From a virus (taxonomy: Duplodnaviria; Caudoviricetes): DNA of 64,000 bases. The DNA lies in IMG/VR virus record IMGVR_UViG_3300028048_001169, positions 1 through 64,000 of that record. One strand, 5' to 3'. The notes below the pieces were generated by a model. That model searched no databases and was not told where the DNA came from. It worked only from the letters and a program-made list of their open reading frames with translations. Positions 9,705 through 18,303 of this stretch are shown in pieces. How positions within the stretch are numbered: position 1 is the first letter of the stretch; each line of letters starts with the position of its first letter. The position numbers were made by a program, and so were the translations under genes.

Positions 9705-9836
9705 GCCAATAGCTGTGTGTTGTATAAAAGTATTCAGGTAGAGGGTTTACAAAGCAAAAACAATATGTAGGATCATGAAATAAAATAGTAGGAAAATTCA
9801 AGATTCAACAAAAATGAACACGGCTATCGACAAATT
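9705..9836 (-). ncRNA. candidate stem-closed small RNA convergent with the RAMP gene
   Basis: AACA-AATATA-TA promoter at 9847-9836 (-); GTCGATAGCCGTGT (9831-9818) pairs with ACACAGCTATTGGC (9718-9705), 13 of 14 pairs counting G-U; no RBS-led ORF. Confidence 0.5.
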
Positions 9837-9873
9837 ATATATTTGTTATTTACTTGATAATTTTAAACAGATT

Positions 9874-9885
9874 AACACATTAATA
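9874..9885 (+). promoter_or_regulatory. putative late promoter AACA-N6-TA (AR9 nvRNAP-type)
   Basis: Exact motif also at 4834-4845(-), 5425-5436(-), 5509, 7706, 9836-9847(-), 25047-25058(-), 25075, 28129, 53029-53040(-), 57444; mostly upstream of virion genes. Confidence 0.75.
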
Positions 9886-9910
9886 ATTCTAATAGAAGTG
9901 GAGGTCTATT

Positions 9911-11113
9911 ATGGCATCTATAAATTATGGTAAAATGACATCCGTTATTGCGGATAAATTATATCCATTTGTCGAAGTACATTTGGTAAAACGAGAGCGA
10001 CAATATAAAGCAGTTATTGCTGATTTCATGAATAAGAATCATGATATATTGTATGAGGTTGCTCCTTATGATAATATTTTCTTTACAAAAACAGATATTC
10101 TTAAATTTTTTATGGCTTTAGATATAAAAGAATCTGAGGTAAAAGCAATTACAAATGACTGTTACTTTGCTCATAAACCAGTCAATCCACCAGTGGTTAA
10201 AGTACCATATGCTCAGGTACTGGTTTGTATTTTGATGTATTATCTTAAACATAAGAAGCAAAAAGAAGCAGAGATTACATTACTCTATATGGCATTTAGT
10301 GGTAAATTTTATGCCAGCATCTTCGGTAAATATTTCAAAACAGCACCACCTAGCAAGTATCGTTCCACTATGGATTACGTTGTAAATAATATGCTAAATG
10401 ATAGATTTGATTTACGATCTAAAGGAAATTTATTCGGTGCAATTCGTAGTATGTGTATATCTCTCATTGAAATGTATGGAGATACATTAGCTGGACATCC
10501 AGATGATGAGGAGATCAAATACTTCATGCAGCAGTTACGAGATCGTGAAAATACTTTTATGAATCGTATTTTCAATCTTTATATTACAGCATGGCAAGAT
10601 AAGAAATACTTGAACTATGAATCAGATAATCTGGAAGATGGTTCTGAATTTAGAATCAGTGATAGTGATGCAACGATTGCTGCTCGTATTACAGAGAATG
10701 CTTTGAACTATATGCTAAATAATACAGTAAGTTTGAAGATCTGTAATATGTTTAGCGATGCAAATATCCGTCCAACAGAATTACGAGATATAATAGAAGC
10801 AATCGTAAATGATCGTAAGAATATAAATCAGTTACAACGTGTTATTAATATTCTGATTTGTGATTTTATGAAGAAGAATCCGAACAAACGTGTTGGTGAC
10901 GTTGACTTCTTGGGATATTGTCTCAAAGAACAACCAAATACTAAAGATGAGTATATTATCGAAATGCAAAGCATTATCGTAAGTTGGTTGGATGATAAGA
11001 GTCCTAATTATCGTCGACGTAAGAGTAGAAAGGCTACTGAGATTAGTTATCGAAAAGCCATTAAATTCTACATTACTATGGTAATAGCAAACGTAGCAAA
11101 TAAAACAAGGTAA
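9911..11113 (+). CDS. conserved-looking late protein, function unknown
   Basis: GGAGG RBS, 400 aa, late-type promoter. Confidence 0.75.
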   Translation: MASINYGKMTSVIADKLYPFVEVHLVKRERQYKAVIADFMNKNHDILYEVAPYDNIFFTKTDILKFFMALDIKESEVKAITNDCYFAHKPVNPPVVKVPYAQVLVCILMYYLKHKKQKEAEITLLYMAFSGKFYASIFGKYFKTAPPSKYRSTMDYVVNNMLNDRFDLRSKGNLFGAIRSMCISLIEMYGDTLAGHPDDEEIKYFMQQLRDRENTFMNRIFNLYITAWQDKKYLNYESDNLEDGSEFRISDSDATIAARITENALNYMLNNTVSLKICNMFSDANIRPTELRDIIEAIVNDRKNINQLQRVINILICDFMKKNPNKRVGDVDFLGYCLKEQPNTKDEYIIEMQSIIVSWLDDKSPNYRRRKSRKATEISYRKAIKFYITMVIANVANKTR

Positions 11114-11128
11114 AGGAGGAAATGTATT

Positions 11129-11683
11129 ATGAATCCAGGAAAAGTAGGAACAACAGTTGTAGACAATGGTGTAACTTTATCTCCACCGTGGGATACTCAT
11201 TTCAAGAAGATTTGGAATCTGTTCAATGGTGATCCAGAGGTTGATGTTGATGATGAGCTTGTAGAGACCGAGACTGGTACTTATGAGTTTACAATTCATT
11301 GTGTTAACCCTGTAAAGCTGGCTGCTATTAAGCAGGTTGTTAAGTCTGAAGTTATTATGGGTAACGTTAAACTGAAGGTTAACTTTGAATTAGTAGATCC
11401 TAATGATGGTCATGATGTTGATGGCATTGGAACAGCTGTTATTGAGGCTGCTTTCAAGGGTAATCCTAACTTTGATCGTTGTGAGCTGGTTAAGGTTCCA
11501 TTTAGTAATAGTAGTCGTGGATATGCTGTATTTAAGAAAGGTATCATTCAGTTCTATAATGATGATCTCACAGATATCTACGGAAATTATAGCGATATCG
11601 TTGCTAATGTTGCTACTGATATACGCGATGATAAGAATAAACTTACTCAGAACGTATCATTTTGTACAGATGTAGAGGAATAA
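11129..11683 (+). CDS. hypothetical protein
   Basis: AAGGAGG RBS, 184 aa. Confidence 0.8.
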   Translation: MNPGKVGTTVVDNGVTLSPPWDTHFKKIWNLFNGDPEVDVDDELVETETGTYEFTIHCVNPVKLAAIKQVVKSEVIMGNVKLKVNFELVDPNDGHDVDGIGTAVIEAAFKGNPNFDRCELVKVPFSNSSRGYAVFKKGIIQFYNDDLTDIYGNYSDIVANVATDIRDDKNKLTQNVSFCTDVEE

Positions 11684-11696
11684 TATCTAATACACG

Positions 11697-11725
11697 CCCA
11701 GTAGGATTGTAATAGTCCTACTGGG
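11697..11725. terminator. CCCAGTAGGA-Nn-TCCTACTGGG palindrome family, copy 1
   Basis: Identical stem at 16703-16728 and 32413-32439. Confidence 0.8.
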
Positions 11726-11735
11726 TTTTATTTGA

Positions 11736-11837
11736 AAAATCGTTTTTTTTTTTGAACTCTTATATAAATACGAAATTTGCTTATTAATAATAGGAGGAAT
11801 AAATTCTATGGTATATGGTAAAACATTTTTAAATGAA
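11736..11837 (+). repeat. about 100-bp promoter-RBS-tag module, inverted copy at 18103-18198
   Basis: AAAATCG(T)nGAACTCTTATATAAATAC...ATAATAGGAGGAATAA...ATGRTATATGGTMAAACATTTTTAAATGAA present in both copies. Confidence 0.85.
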
Positions 11838-12209
11838 GGCGTTGTAAGCCAAATTTTCTTGGTTAGAAAAATTAAGCCTAAAATGGATATTGTAGATGCT
11901 TATAAAAAGCATTCATATCCAGGTCTTTTAAATATGGTAAAGAACACTGATAATATCAATGATTTGAAATATCTTCTTAAAGATAGTACGACTGCAAGTA
12001 ATCAAGTAAAGATAATTGCTACACGAATTGATAAATGTAATAAGCTTGGTAATTGTGCAGAAACTAAGAATTATTACAAAGGTATCAAGAGTAAGTACAT
12101 TGATAAAGGCGTTACTGCTAAGGATATGGAAGTTTATAATAAATGGTTGAATGAAGTTTATAAGAAAGCAATTCAAGATAAAATAAAAGAGTTAAAGAAA
12201 GGAAAATAA
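11808..12209 (+). CDS. putative internal virion protein, tag MVYGKTFLNE
   Basis: N-terminal tag, basic 133-aa protein. Confidence 0.7.
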   Translation: MVYGKTFLNEGVVSQIFLVRKIKPKMDIVDAYKKHSYPGLLNMVKNTDNINDLKYLLKDSTTASNQVKIIATRIDKCNKLGNCAETKNYYKGIKSKYIDKGVTAKDMEVYNKWLNEVYKKAIQDKIKELKKGK

Positions 12210-12210
12210 T

Positions 12211-12819
12211 ATGATATACGGTCAAACATTTTTAGACGAGGGTCTAATATTTAAAAATGCTAATGAGAAGAAACTGATGGAAGAAATAAAATCAGTTTGT
12301 GCAAAATACAAAAGAAATCCTGGATTATTTGCTAGTTCAAAAGAATGTAATAAAGATGCTCCTGCAATGAGTCGAGATGTTTATAATAAACTAAAATCAA
12401 AATTTGATATCGTCTATCGTTCGTGTATTGTTGTTGAAACTACAAATTCAGTAGAAATGCCAGGTGCATCGGTTTTCTATACTTGTATTGATTTGAAAAA
12501 CAATACACAATATACGTTTAAATTATATTGCCATCCAAAGGACCCAAAAGCACACTCTATGATTGAAAAGAAATTTGATAAAATCACTGTTCCAGAAGAA
12601 GCTATTCGAAAAGTAATAGCTGCATGTAATGGTAAAGGATATCAAGCATCAATCACTGGTTCTGGCAATGCATTAAAAGTTTCACCTGTTATATCAACAT
12701 TCAACACTGGTGTATCCTTAGGTGCAATTGAGAGTATGATGAAATCTATTGCTGAGAAGAATGGAATGGAAATAAAAAATTTCCCATTGTCCAGCAAATA
12801 TACATTTGTACCTGCATAG
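12211..12819 (+). CDS. putative internal virion protein, tag MIYGQTFLDE
   Basis: N-terminal tag; body unrelated to neighbours. Confidence 0.7.
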   Translation: MIYGQTFLDEGLIFKNANEKKLMEEIKSVCAKYKRNPGLFASSKECNKDAPAMSRDVYNKLKSKFDIVYRSCIVVETTNSVEMPGASVFYTCIDLKNNTQYTFKLYCHPKDPKAHSMIEKKFDKITVPEEAIRKVIAACNGKGYQASITGSGNALKVSPVISTFNTGVSLGAIESMMKSIAEKNGMEIKNFPLSSKYTFVPA

Positions 12820-12829
12820 GAGGAATTCT

Positions 12830-13681
12830 ATGATATACGGACAATCATTTTTAAATGAGATGAAGGGTACTGATTGTATTGATATGGAGTTAATAACTTT
12901 AAGAAATTGGTACCCTGATCAAATGAGGGAACTTAGACTTCCTTACTTATATGATTCCATTGCATTGAGAGAATCGTTAGAATGTCTAGATGAGGCTGTA
13001 AAACAAAATGCAAAAGCTAAATCATTCTTTGATTCTTTAGGTATCGAATATGATAAGATTATATCTAGAGTCAAACAGTGTGGATCAGATATAGCTAAAG
13101 CAATTAAGTCAATTGGAGTTAATGATAAATCCAAGATGACAATATCTAAAGCTATTAGTTCCATGAATAAAGATATTGCTGATTATATGACAATTAATGA
13201 TTCTCCAGCATTAGAAAATATCTTTGGTACTGGGTATGATTTAAATAAAGTGAGAAAAGCTATTTCACTAACTTTAAGACTTATTGTAGCAAATACAATT
13301 ATAGCTAATGTATTAGTAATATTATTTGGTATGGGTGGTTATATACTTACTGTTGCAGTTGTTGCTCCTATCTTTGAAGAGTTCTCAAAGAATATTGCAA
13401 CAAAAGGAAAATTTGCTACAGAGTTTGCAATTGTATTTAATCTCTGTGAACTTAGTATGTATGTATCTAAAGGTGTTGGAGTTGCAACAAGAGTTATGGT
13501 TGCAGGTGTATTACATGGAACTAATGCAATTATACAATTCATTACTTCTGATGAAAAAGTACAGAAAGCTCTTAAAGTAAAGCCTGAAGATTCAGATAAA
13601 GTATCATTTATAGGTCAGACTGTTGCTACATTATATCATATTATTTGGAATTCTTTAGCAGTAGCTGCTGCATTTAAATAA
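12830..13681 (+). CDS. tagged (MIYGQSFLNE) protein with PrsW/CPBP-like intramembrane protease domain
   Basis: Start moved to ATG 12830 behind AGGAGG; hydrophobic helices with APIFEEFSK, LHG and YHIIWN motifs. Confidence 0.6.
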   Translation: MIYGQSFLNEMKGTDCIDMELITLRNWYPDQMRELRLPYLYDSIALRESLECLDEAVKQNAKAKSFFDSLGIEYDKIISRVKQCGSDIAKAIKSIGVNDKSKMTISKAISSMNKDIADYMTINDSPALENIFGTGYDLNKVRKAISLTLRLIVANTIIANVLVILFGMGGYILTVAVVAPIFEEFSKNIATKGKFATEFAIVFNLCELSMYVSKGVGVATRVMVAGVLHGTNAIIQFITSDEKVQKALKVKPEDSDKVSFIGQTVATLYHIIWNSLAVAAAFK

Positions 13682-13786
13682 GTATAAAAATGCTCAGTAG
13701 GGTTGGTTAAATGCTAACCCTAGTGAATTTACATTATAATAATTAGTAATATTATAAATAAATCGTCCCGGAAAGGAGATACTTAA

Positions 13787-14575
13787 ATGGGTATATATTC
13801 AAATCTGGCAAAAGAAACATTGGAGAAATCCACTGCATTTAATGAAGCTGCTTTAGAAGATAAGTATTCAACAAACTTATTTTACGGATCAGCAGAAGTA
13901 ATTGTTAGTGCTCGTAGTTACGATGAGGCTAAATTATTCGAGAAATTAGCAGTTTCTGATTTCAGTAGACTTAAGACATCTTTACGTGAGAATGCAGTCG
14001 ATAGTAGCACTATCGATAAGATTCTTATTTTCTATAATGAATCTGAACGATATCCTGAGTTCAATATCTTATACAAAGATGGACATAATCAGATTGTATC
14101 CGTTGATGAGAGTAAGAAATCCTTAGAGAAGTATTTCACAACAGATGTTGATCTTTCTAAAGTTACAGAAAAAGATCTTAAAGACAGTACCAAAGTTAAT
14201 AAGATTATTCGTTCACTTCGTAAAGAACAAGATGATAAGCAGAAACAGCGCTATGGTATTAAATTATTAAGATTGCTTGCAGAATATGTTGTTATGCTTG
14301 CAACTTCTCTGTCTGTAGTTACATTACCAATTACTATAATAACAGCTATTATTATGGTAATCGATGTTATTGGTAATACAATTGAAGAGATGAAAATCCC
14401 AAGAGAAGAATCTCTTCTTATTGTAAAGAGATTGGAAAAAGCAATCGAGAAAATCGAAAAGAATGATAAGATGACAGAAGCTCAAAAGAAGAAAGAGATT
14501 GCTAAGATCGAAAAGATTATTGATCACGTTGATGAGAAGTTATCTGCAAAAGAAGTTAAAGGTCTTTCTTTCTAA
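13787..14575 (+). CDS. putative virion protein with one hydrophobic segment
   Basis: MGIYSNLA...FNEA start resembles the 28199 gene; TACA-N6-TA variant promoter near 13730. Confidence 0.6.
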   Translation: MGIYSNLAKETLEKSTAFNEAALEDKYSTNLFYGSAEVIVSARSYDEAKLFEKLAVSDFSRLKTSLRENAVDSSTIDKILIFYNESERYPEFNILYKDGHNQIVSVDESKKSLEKYFTTDVDLSKVTEKDLKDSTKVNKIIRSLRKEQDDKQKQRYGIKLLRLLAEYVVMLATSLSVVTLPITIITAIIMVIDVIGNTIEEMKIPREESLLIVKRLEKAIEKIEKNDKMTEAQKKKEIAKIEKIIDHVDEKLSAKEVKGLSF

Positions 14576-14589
14576 AGAGGTTAATAATT

Positions 14590-15651
14590 ATGATTTACGG
14601 AAAAGTTTTTTTAGAATCAAATAATGTACAAAATGTTGAGCCATTTGATATTGTATTCGAAGAATACTTGAATAGAAAATCAATGCTGACAGAATGTACA
14701 AATTTAGAAGATAGAAGATTACTCGAGGCTCAGGTACAAGTTCTAAGAGAAGTATCATTCTCCTCTATTATCGATAAAATTGTAGAAATCTTTAAAAAGA
14801 TTGTTAGGTTTATTGAGAAGGCATATCTTAAAGTTATAGAATTGATTACTGGAGATAAGTATGATTCTATAAAAGGTATGATAAGTGCCTATAAAAATTA
14901 TAGTGAAGATAAGCTTAATTGGATTAATCGATTGATTAAGTCAGGAAGATTTGATGCTGTATTTGACTTGGAAAAATATGTAGATATGAGTAAAATATCT
15001 GATATTACTCAAGCTGTTCAGCAATCTTCTGATTGTATTAAAGATATACTTGCTGCAGATACTCGTTCAGAATTAATGAGTGCTAGAAGTAAGCTACCAA
15101 AGCATCAGGAGATTACAATCCTAACACAAGATGGTCTGAGTAGAGTTAATAGTCGTTTACAAGGCGATGTTAAGAATATCAATGATATGAAAGATAGAGT
15201 TTCAATATATCATAAAGTTTTAGATAATATTATCGAAAATGATAATGCTATAGAGATGAAGAAAGTTGTTGATAAGATCAATAGCACACATGATTTAGGA
15301 TTTTTTGAAACTTCTATTAGTAGTATTCCAAAACAGCGTGATCTATTAATGCGTTCTAGAGAGACAATGAAAAACCCTCAGAACACATTAGAGGCAATTA
15401 GTAGAGATCTTGAGAAAATATCTAAGAAAAAATCTCAGGAAAAACCAAAAACTTCAGATGCTACTGGTTTGTCTACTAATACAACACCAGATGACAATGA
15501 TGATAGTGGTGCAACTGATCAAGATATAAAGGATATTATTCAACTTACAACAATGATTAGACTTATCATTTCTTGTAATATGAATATCATCGGTGTTGTT
15601 GCCACACATTTGAAGCGTAAGGTAGATATATTAATTACGGCGCCTAGATAA
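14590..15651 (+). CDS. putative internal head protein, tag MIYGKVFLE
   Basis: Shares LEAQVQVLREVS...DKIVEIFKKI with the 16747-18132 protein. Confidence 0.7.
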   Translation: MIYGKVFLESNNVQNVEPFDIVFEEYLNRKSMLTECTNLEDRRLLEAQVQVLREVSFSSIIDKIVEIFKKIVRFIEKAYLKVIELITGDKYDSIKGMISAYKNYSEDKLNWINRLIKSGRFDAVFDLEKYVDMSKISDITQAVQQSSDCIKDILAADTRSELMSARSKLPKHQEITILTQDGLSRVNSRLQGDVKNINDMKDRVSIYHKVLDNIIENDNAIEMKKVVDKINSTHDLGFFETSISSIPKQRDLLMRSRETMKNPQNTLEAISRDLEKISKKKSQEKPKTSDATGLSTNTTPDDNDDSGATDQDIKDIIQLTTMIRLIISCNMNIIGVVATHLKRKVDILITAPR

Positions 15652-15679
15652 ATTATAAATCATATTGGAGGATAAATAA

Positions 15680-16672
15680 ATGGTTTATTGTAACGAAATT
15701 CAAAACGCAGCTTTAGACATGTCTGATTGTCTCAGCTTTGCTGGTATTAGCGAATCTGCTGAATATATTATAGAATCTTCTAATAGAGACTTCAGAACAA
15801 TGATTACTGAAATGAATCTTAATGAAGATGTATCTGGAGAGTATAATGAGAAGAATTTATTTCACAGAATAGCAGCTTGGGCTGTAGAAATCTGGGGTAA
15901 GATCAAGGGATTATTTGAAGCTGCTTTTAGAAAGATTAGTGAAATCATCACTGGTATTGTAACAAAGTTTGCTAGTTGGAGAATTAAGAATAAAGATCTT
16001 AAAGCAACTCTTCAGAATACCGATAAGTTTGAGTTCAAAGGATATAAATATGAAGAAATAGGAAATGGTATCGGTAATAAACCTTTTGATATGGAAGATG
16101 TAGAAAAGATAGTTAGAGCTATGTTTAATGGTAAAGTAATTGGTCAAGATCAATTAGCTGCAGCATCAGCAACATCATCAGGAGATATACTGAAACCTCT
16201 GGATTCAAAGCATATTGCAGAGCTTCGTGAAGATATTAGAGGATCTAAAGAAAAAGAAACTATCGGTAAAGATTACATTCTGAAGAATTTTGATAATATC
16301 TATAAATCTGTAACTGATTTCAAATCAGTAAAAGATTCAGAAAAGAAGAACTACGATGAACTTAAGAAAAATTGCGATGAAATCGTAAAAGCAGTAAAGA
16401 AAGAAAATAGTGAATTGGATGAAAAGGATGAGTGGAACAAAGTAAAGAAGTTACACATGAACAATATCCGAATTGCAATGAATAACAAGATTCGTATACA
16501 AGGTATTGAACTGTCCGAGCGCTATGCATGTATTCGTCGTAATGCTGCTATTTGTATGAAGCTTGGATCTTTGTCCAAGAACAATGAATCTTCAAAAGAA
16601 GATAAGCAGAAAGATACTAACTTAGGTGAGTCTAGTTCTTTCGTAAACAATCTTTTTGATTGGTCACTGTAA
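15680..16672 (+). CDS. putative internal head protein, paralogue of 29294-30229
   Basis: Shared EIQNA..DMSD..SFA, WxKIK, IRGSxxxET, RRNAAI and LFDW(S/N)L terminus. Confidence 0.75.
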   Translation: MVYCNEIQNAALDMSDCLSFAGISESAEYIIESSNRDFRTMITEMNLNEDVSGEYNEKNLFHRIAAWAVEIWGKIKGLFEAAFRKISEIITGIVTKFASWRIKNKDLKATLQNTDKFEFKGYKYEEIGNGIGNKPFDMEDVEKIVRAMFNGKVIGQDQLAAASATSSGDILKPLDSKHIAELREDIRGSKEKETIGKDYILKNFDNIYKSVTDFKSVKDSEKKNYDELKKNCDEIVKAVKKENSELDEKDEWNKVKKLHMNNIRIAMNNKIRIQGIELSERYACIRRNAAICMKLGSLSKNNESSKEDKQKDTNLGESSSFVNNLFDWSL

Positions 16673-16746
16673 TACTTATATAATACTATTACGGAAAATA
16701 ATCCCAGTAGGAAATTAATCCTACTGGGCTTTTGTTGTTGTAGATA

Positions 16747-18132
16747 TTACTTATTAGTTTTTCCGAAGTAATCATCTATTACGAATTTAGTATAGTCACT
16801 TGCACCAGATTTTAATGCGTTTATACCCATCACATTTGCCGCTGTATTTAATGTAGATGTAGCTACTCCGTTTGCTTTAGCAGAGTATAATGTAATTTGA
16901 GCTAAACAAGCAACATTATCTTTAAGCATAGCAATAACAGTTCTAAGTCCACTAATTGTAAGATTATCATAGGTTTTTTGAAAGTCAGTTTTAGCTTCAT
17001 CATTGCTTCTCTTGGACAGAATCTCATTGATCGCTTTTTCAGCATTTGCTATTCCTCTATCAAAATCAACAGTGCATTCCATCAAGTCTTCGTAGTTGTT
17101 ATCAATTACAAATGCAATATTTTTTATAGCATCAGCAAATGTACTTGATTCAGCCTGTTTTACTCTCTTTTGAAGATCGTTTGCTATATATTCTTTCAAA
17201 GCAGGTGCATAAGTTTTACCATAGAGACTACCTCGAATATTAAATCCTTTAGCATAATTATCTTCTTCTCCATTTAATAGTGCTTTTTTCACATCATCGG
17301 TTATAACTTGTACATATTTTTTATTATCCTCAAGCCATTCTCCAATCTCACGCTCGTATTGTTCAATATCACTATCAGAAAGCTTACCTTTTGAAGCAGG
17401 TCTTGTATTATTTGGATCAATATCGATAAAGACATTACATCGCGACATTTTAACAGGATTTACATCTTTTCTGAAATAATTGTAAGCGTTGAAATATAAT
17501 AATGGATTTTCGATTGCTTTTGAAAAGACACTATTAAGTTTCTTTGTTAATGCTTCTTTTTCAGCTGTTACATCTTTTATTTTAGTATTTGCTGCGTTGA
17601 GTTCTTTGTCCTTTTTATCAAGAGCATCGTTAGTATCTTTCAATTTTTTATTTGCTGCGTCAAGCTCTCTGTCTCTTTTTTGAAGATCGCGTTTAGCTTG
17701 AACTAATTCACTATTAAGTTCATGCTCATTATCCATATTTCTCATATTTTGCTCAAAGTTTTCCTTTTTGAGTTTCTCATTCATGAGATTGGCTTCTTCA
17801 AGCTTTTTCTTAACAGCTTTAAGCTCTTCTTCTTGTTTCTTTTTATCATCCTTATTAAAGAAACTCTTAATCTTATCAATGATCTTTTTGATAAAATCAC
17901 CAATCTTCTTTAAGAATGCTAAAAATTTATCTTTAATATCTTTAAGAGATACTTCTCTCAATACCTCTATCTGAGCTTCAATTAAAGAGCGTGTATGTTC
18001 ATCTTTACAAGACTCTAGCATTGTAACTCTATTTTGATACTCGTCGAATGCTACAGACTCTAAAAGAGATAAACTACTATCTCTTCGATTCTGATTTACA
18101 GATTCATTTAAAAATGTTTGACCATATATCAT
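16747..18132 (-). CDS. putative internal head protein, tag MIYGQTFLNE, coiled coil
   Basis: Tag; N-domain shared with 14590; heptad repeat KDRELDAANKKLKD / KDKELNAANTKIKD. Confidence 0.75.
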   Translation of the reverse strand: MIYGQTFLNESVNQNRRDSSLSLLESVAFDEYQNRVTMLESCKDEHTRSLIEAQIEVLREVSLKDIKDKFLAFLKKIGDFIKKIIDKIKSFFNKDDKKKQEEELKAVKKKLEEANLMNEKLKKENFEQNMRNMDNEHELNSELVQAKRDLQKRDRELDAANKKLKDTNDALDKKDKELNAANTKIKDVTAEKEALTKKLNSVFSKAIENPLLYFNAYNYFRKDVNPVKMSRCNVFIDIDPNNTRPASKGKLSDSDIEQYEREIGEWLEDNKKYVQVITDDVKKALLNGEEDNYAKGFNIRGSLYGKTYAPALKEYIANDLQKRVKQAESSTFADAIKNIAFVIDNNYEDLMECTVDFDRGIANAEKAINEILSKRSNDEAKTDFQKTYDNLTISGLRTVIAMLKDNVACLAQITLYSAKANGVATSTLNTAANVMGINALKSGASDYTKFVIDDYFGKTNK

Positions 18133-18198
18133 ATTAATTATTCCTCCTATTATAAACAGATTTAGTATTTATATAAGAGTTCAAAAAAAAACGATTTT
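18103..18198 (-). repeat. inverted copy of the 11736-11837 module
   Basis: Reverse complement aligns with 11736-11837. Confidence 0.85.
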
Positions 18199-18303
18199 AA
18201 GACTTTACAGCATAATACCACACCTTCGTAATATAGCACTATTTAAATCATATATTATAAGTATGATAAGGAAAGTTCTTTGTACTAGAAAGGAGACTTA
18301 ATT

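Noticed and set aside
8840-9910. CRISPR array or clean GGY/NN pentamer array next to the RAMP gene
   Set aside because: No direct repeats with spacers and no sustained fixed-trinucleotide register on either strand; only a weak purine bias that base composition could explain.
18199-18245. Short 5-nt-periodic-looking tract (minus strand GGT GT GGT AT TAT GC TGT AA AGT)
   Set aside because: Only about five units, plausible by chance, and also explicable as an imperfect hairpin between divergent promoters.
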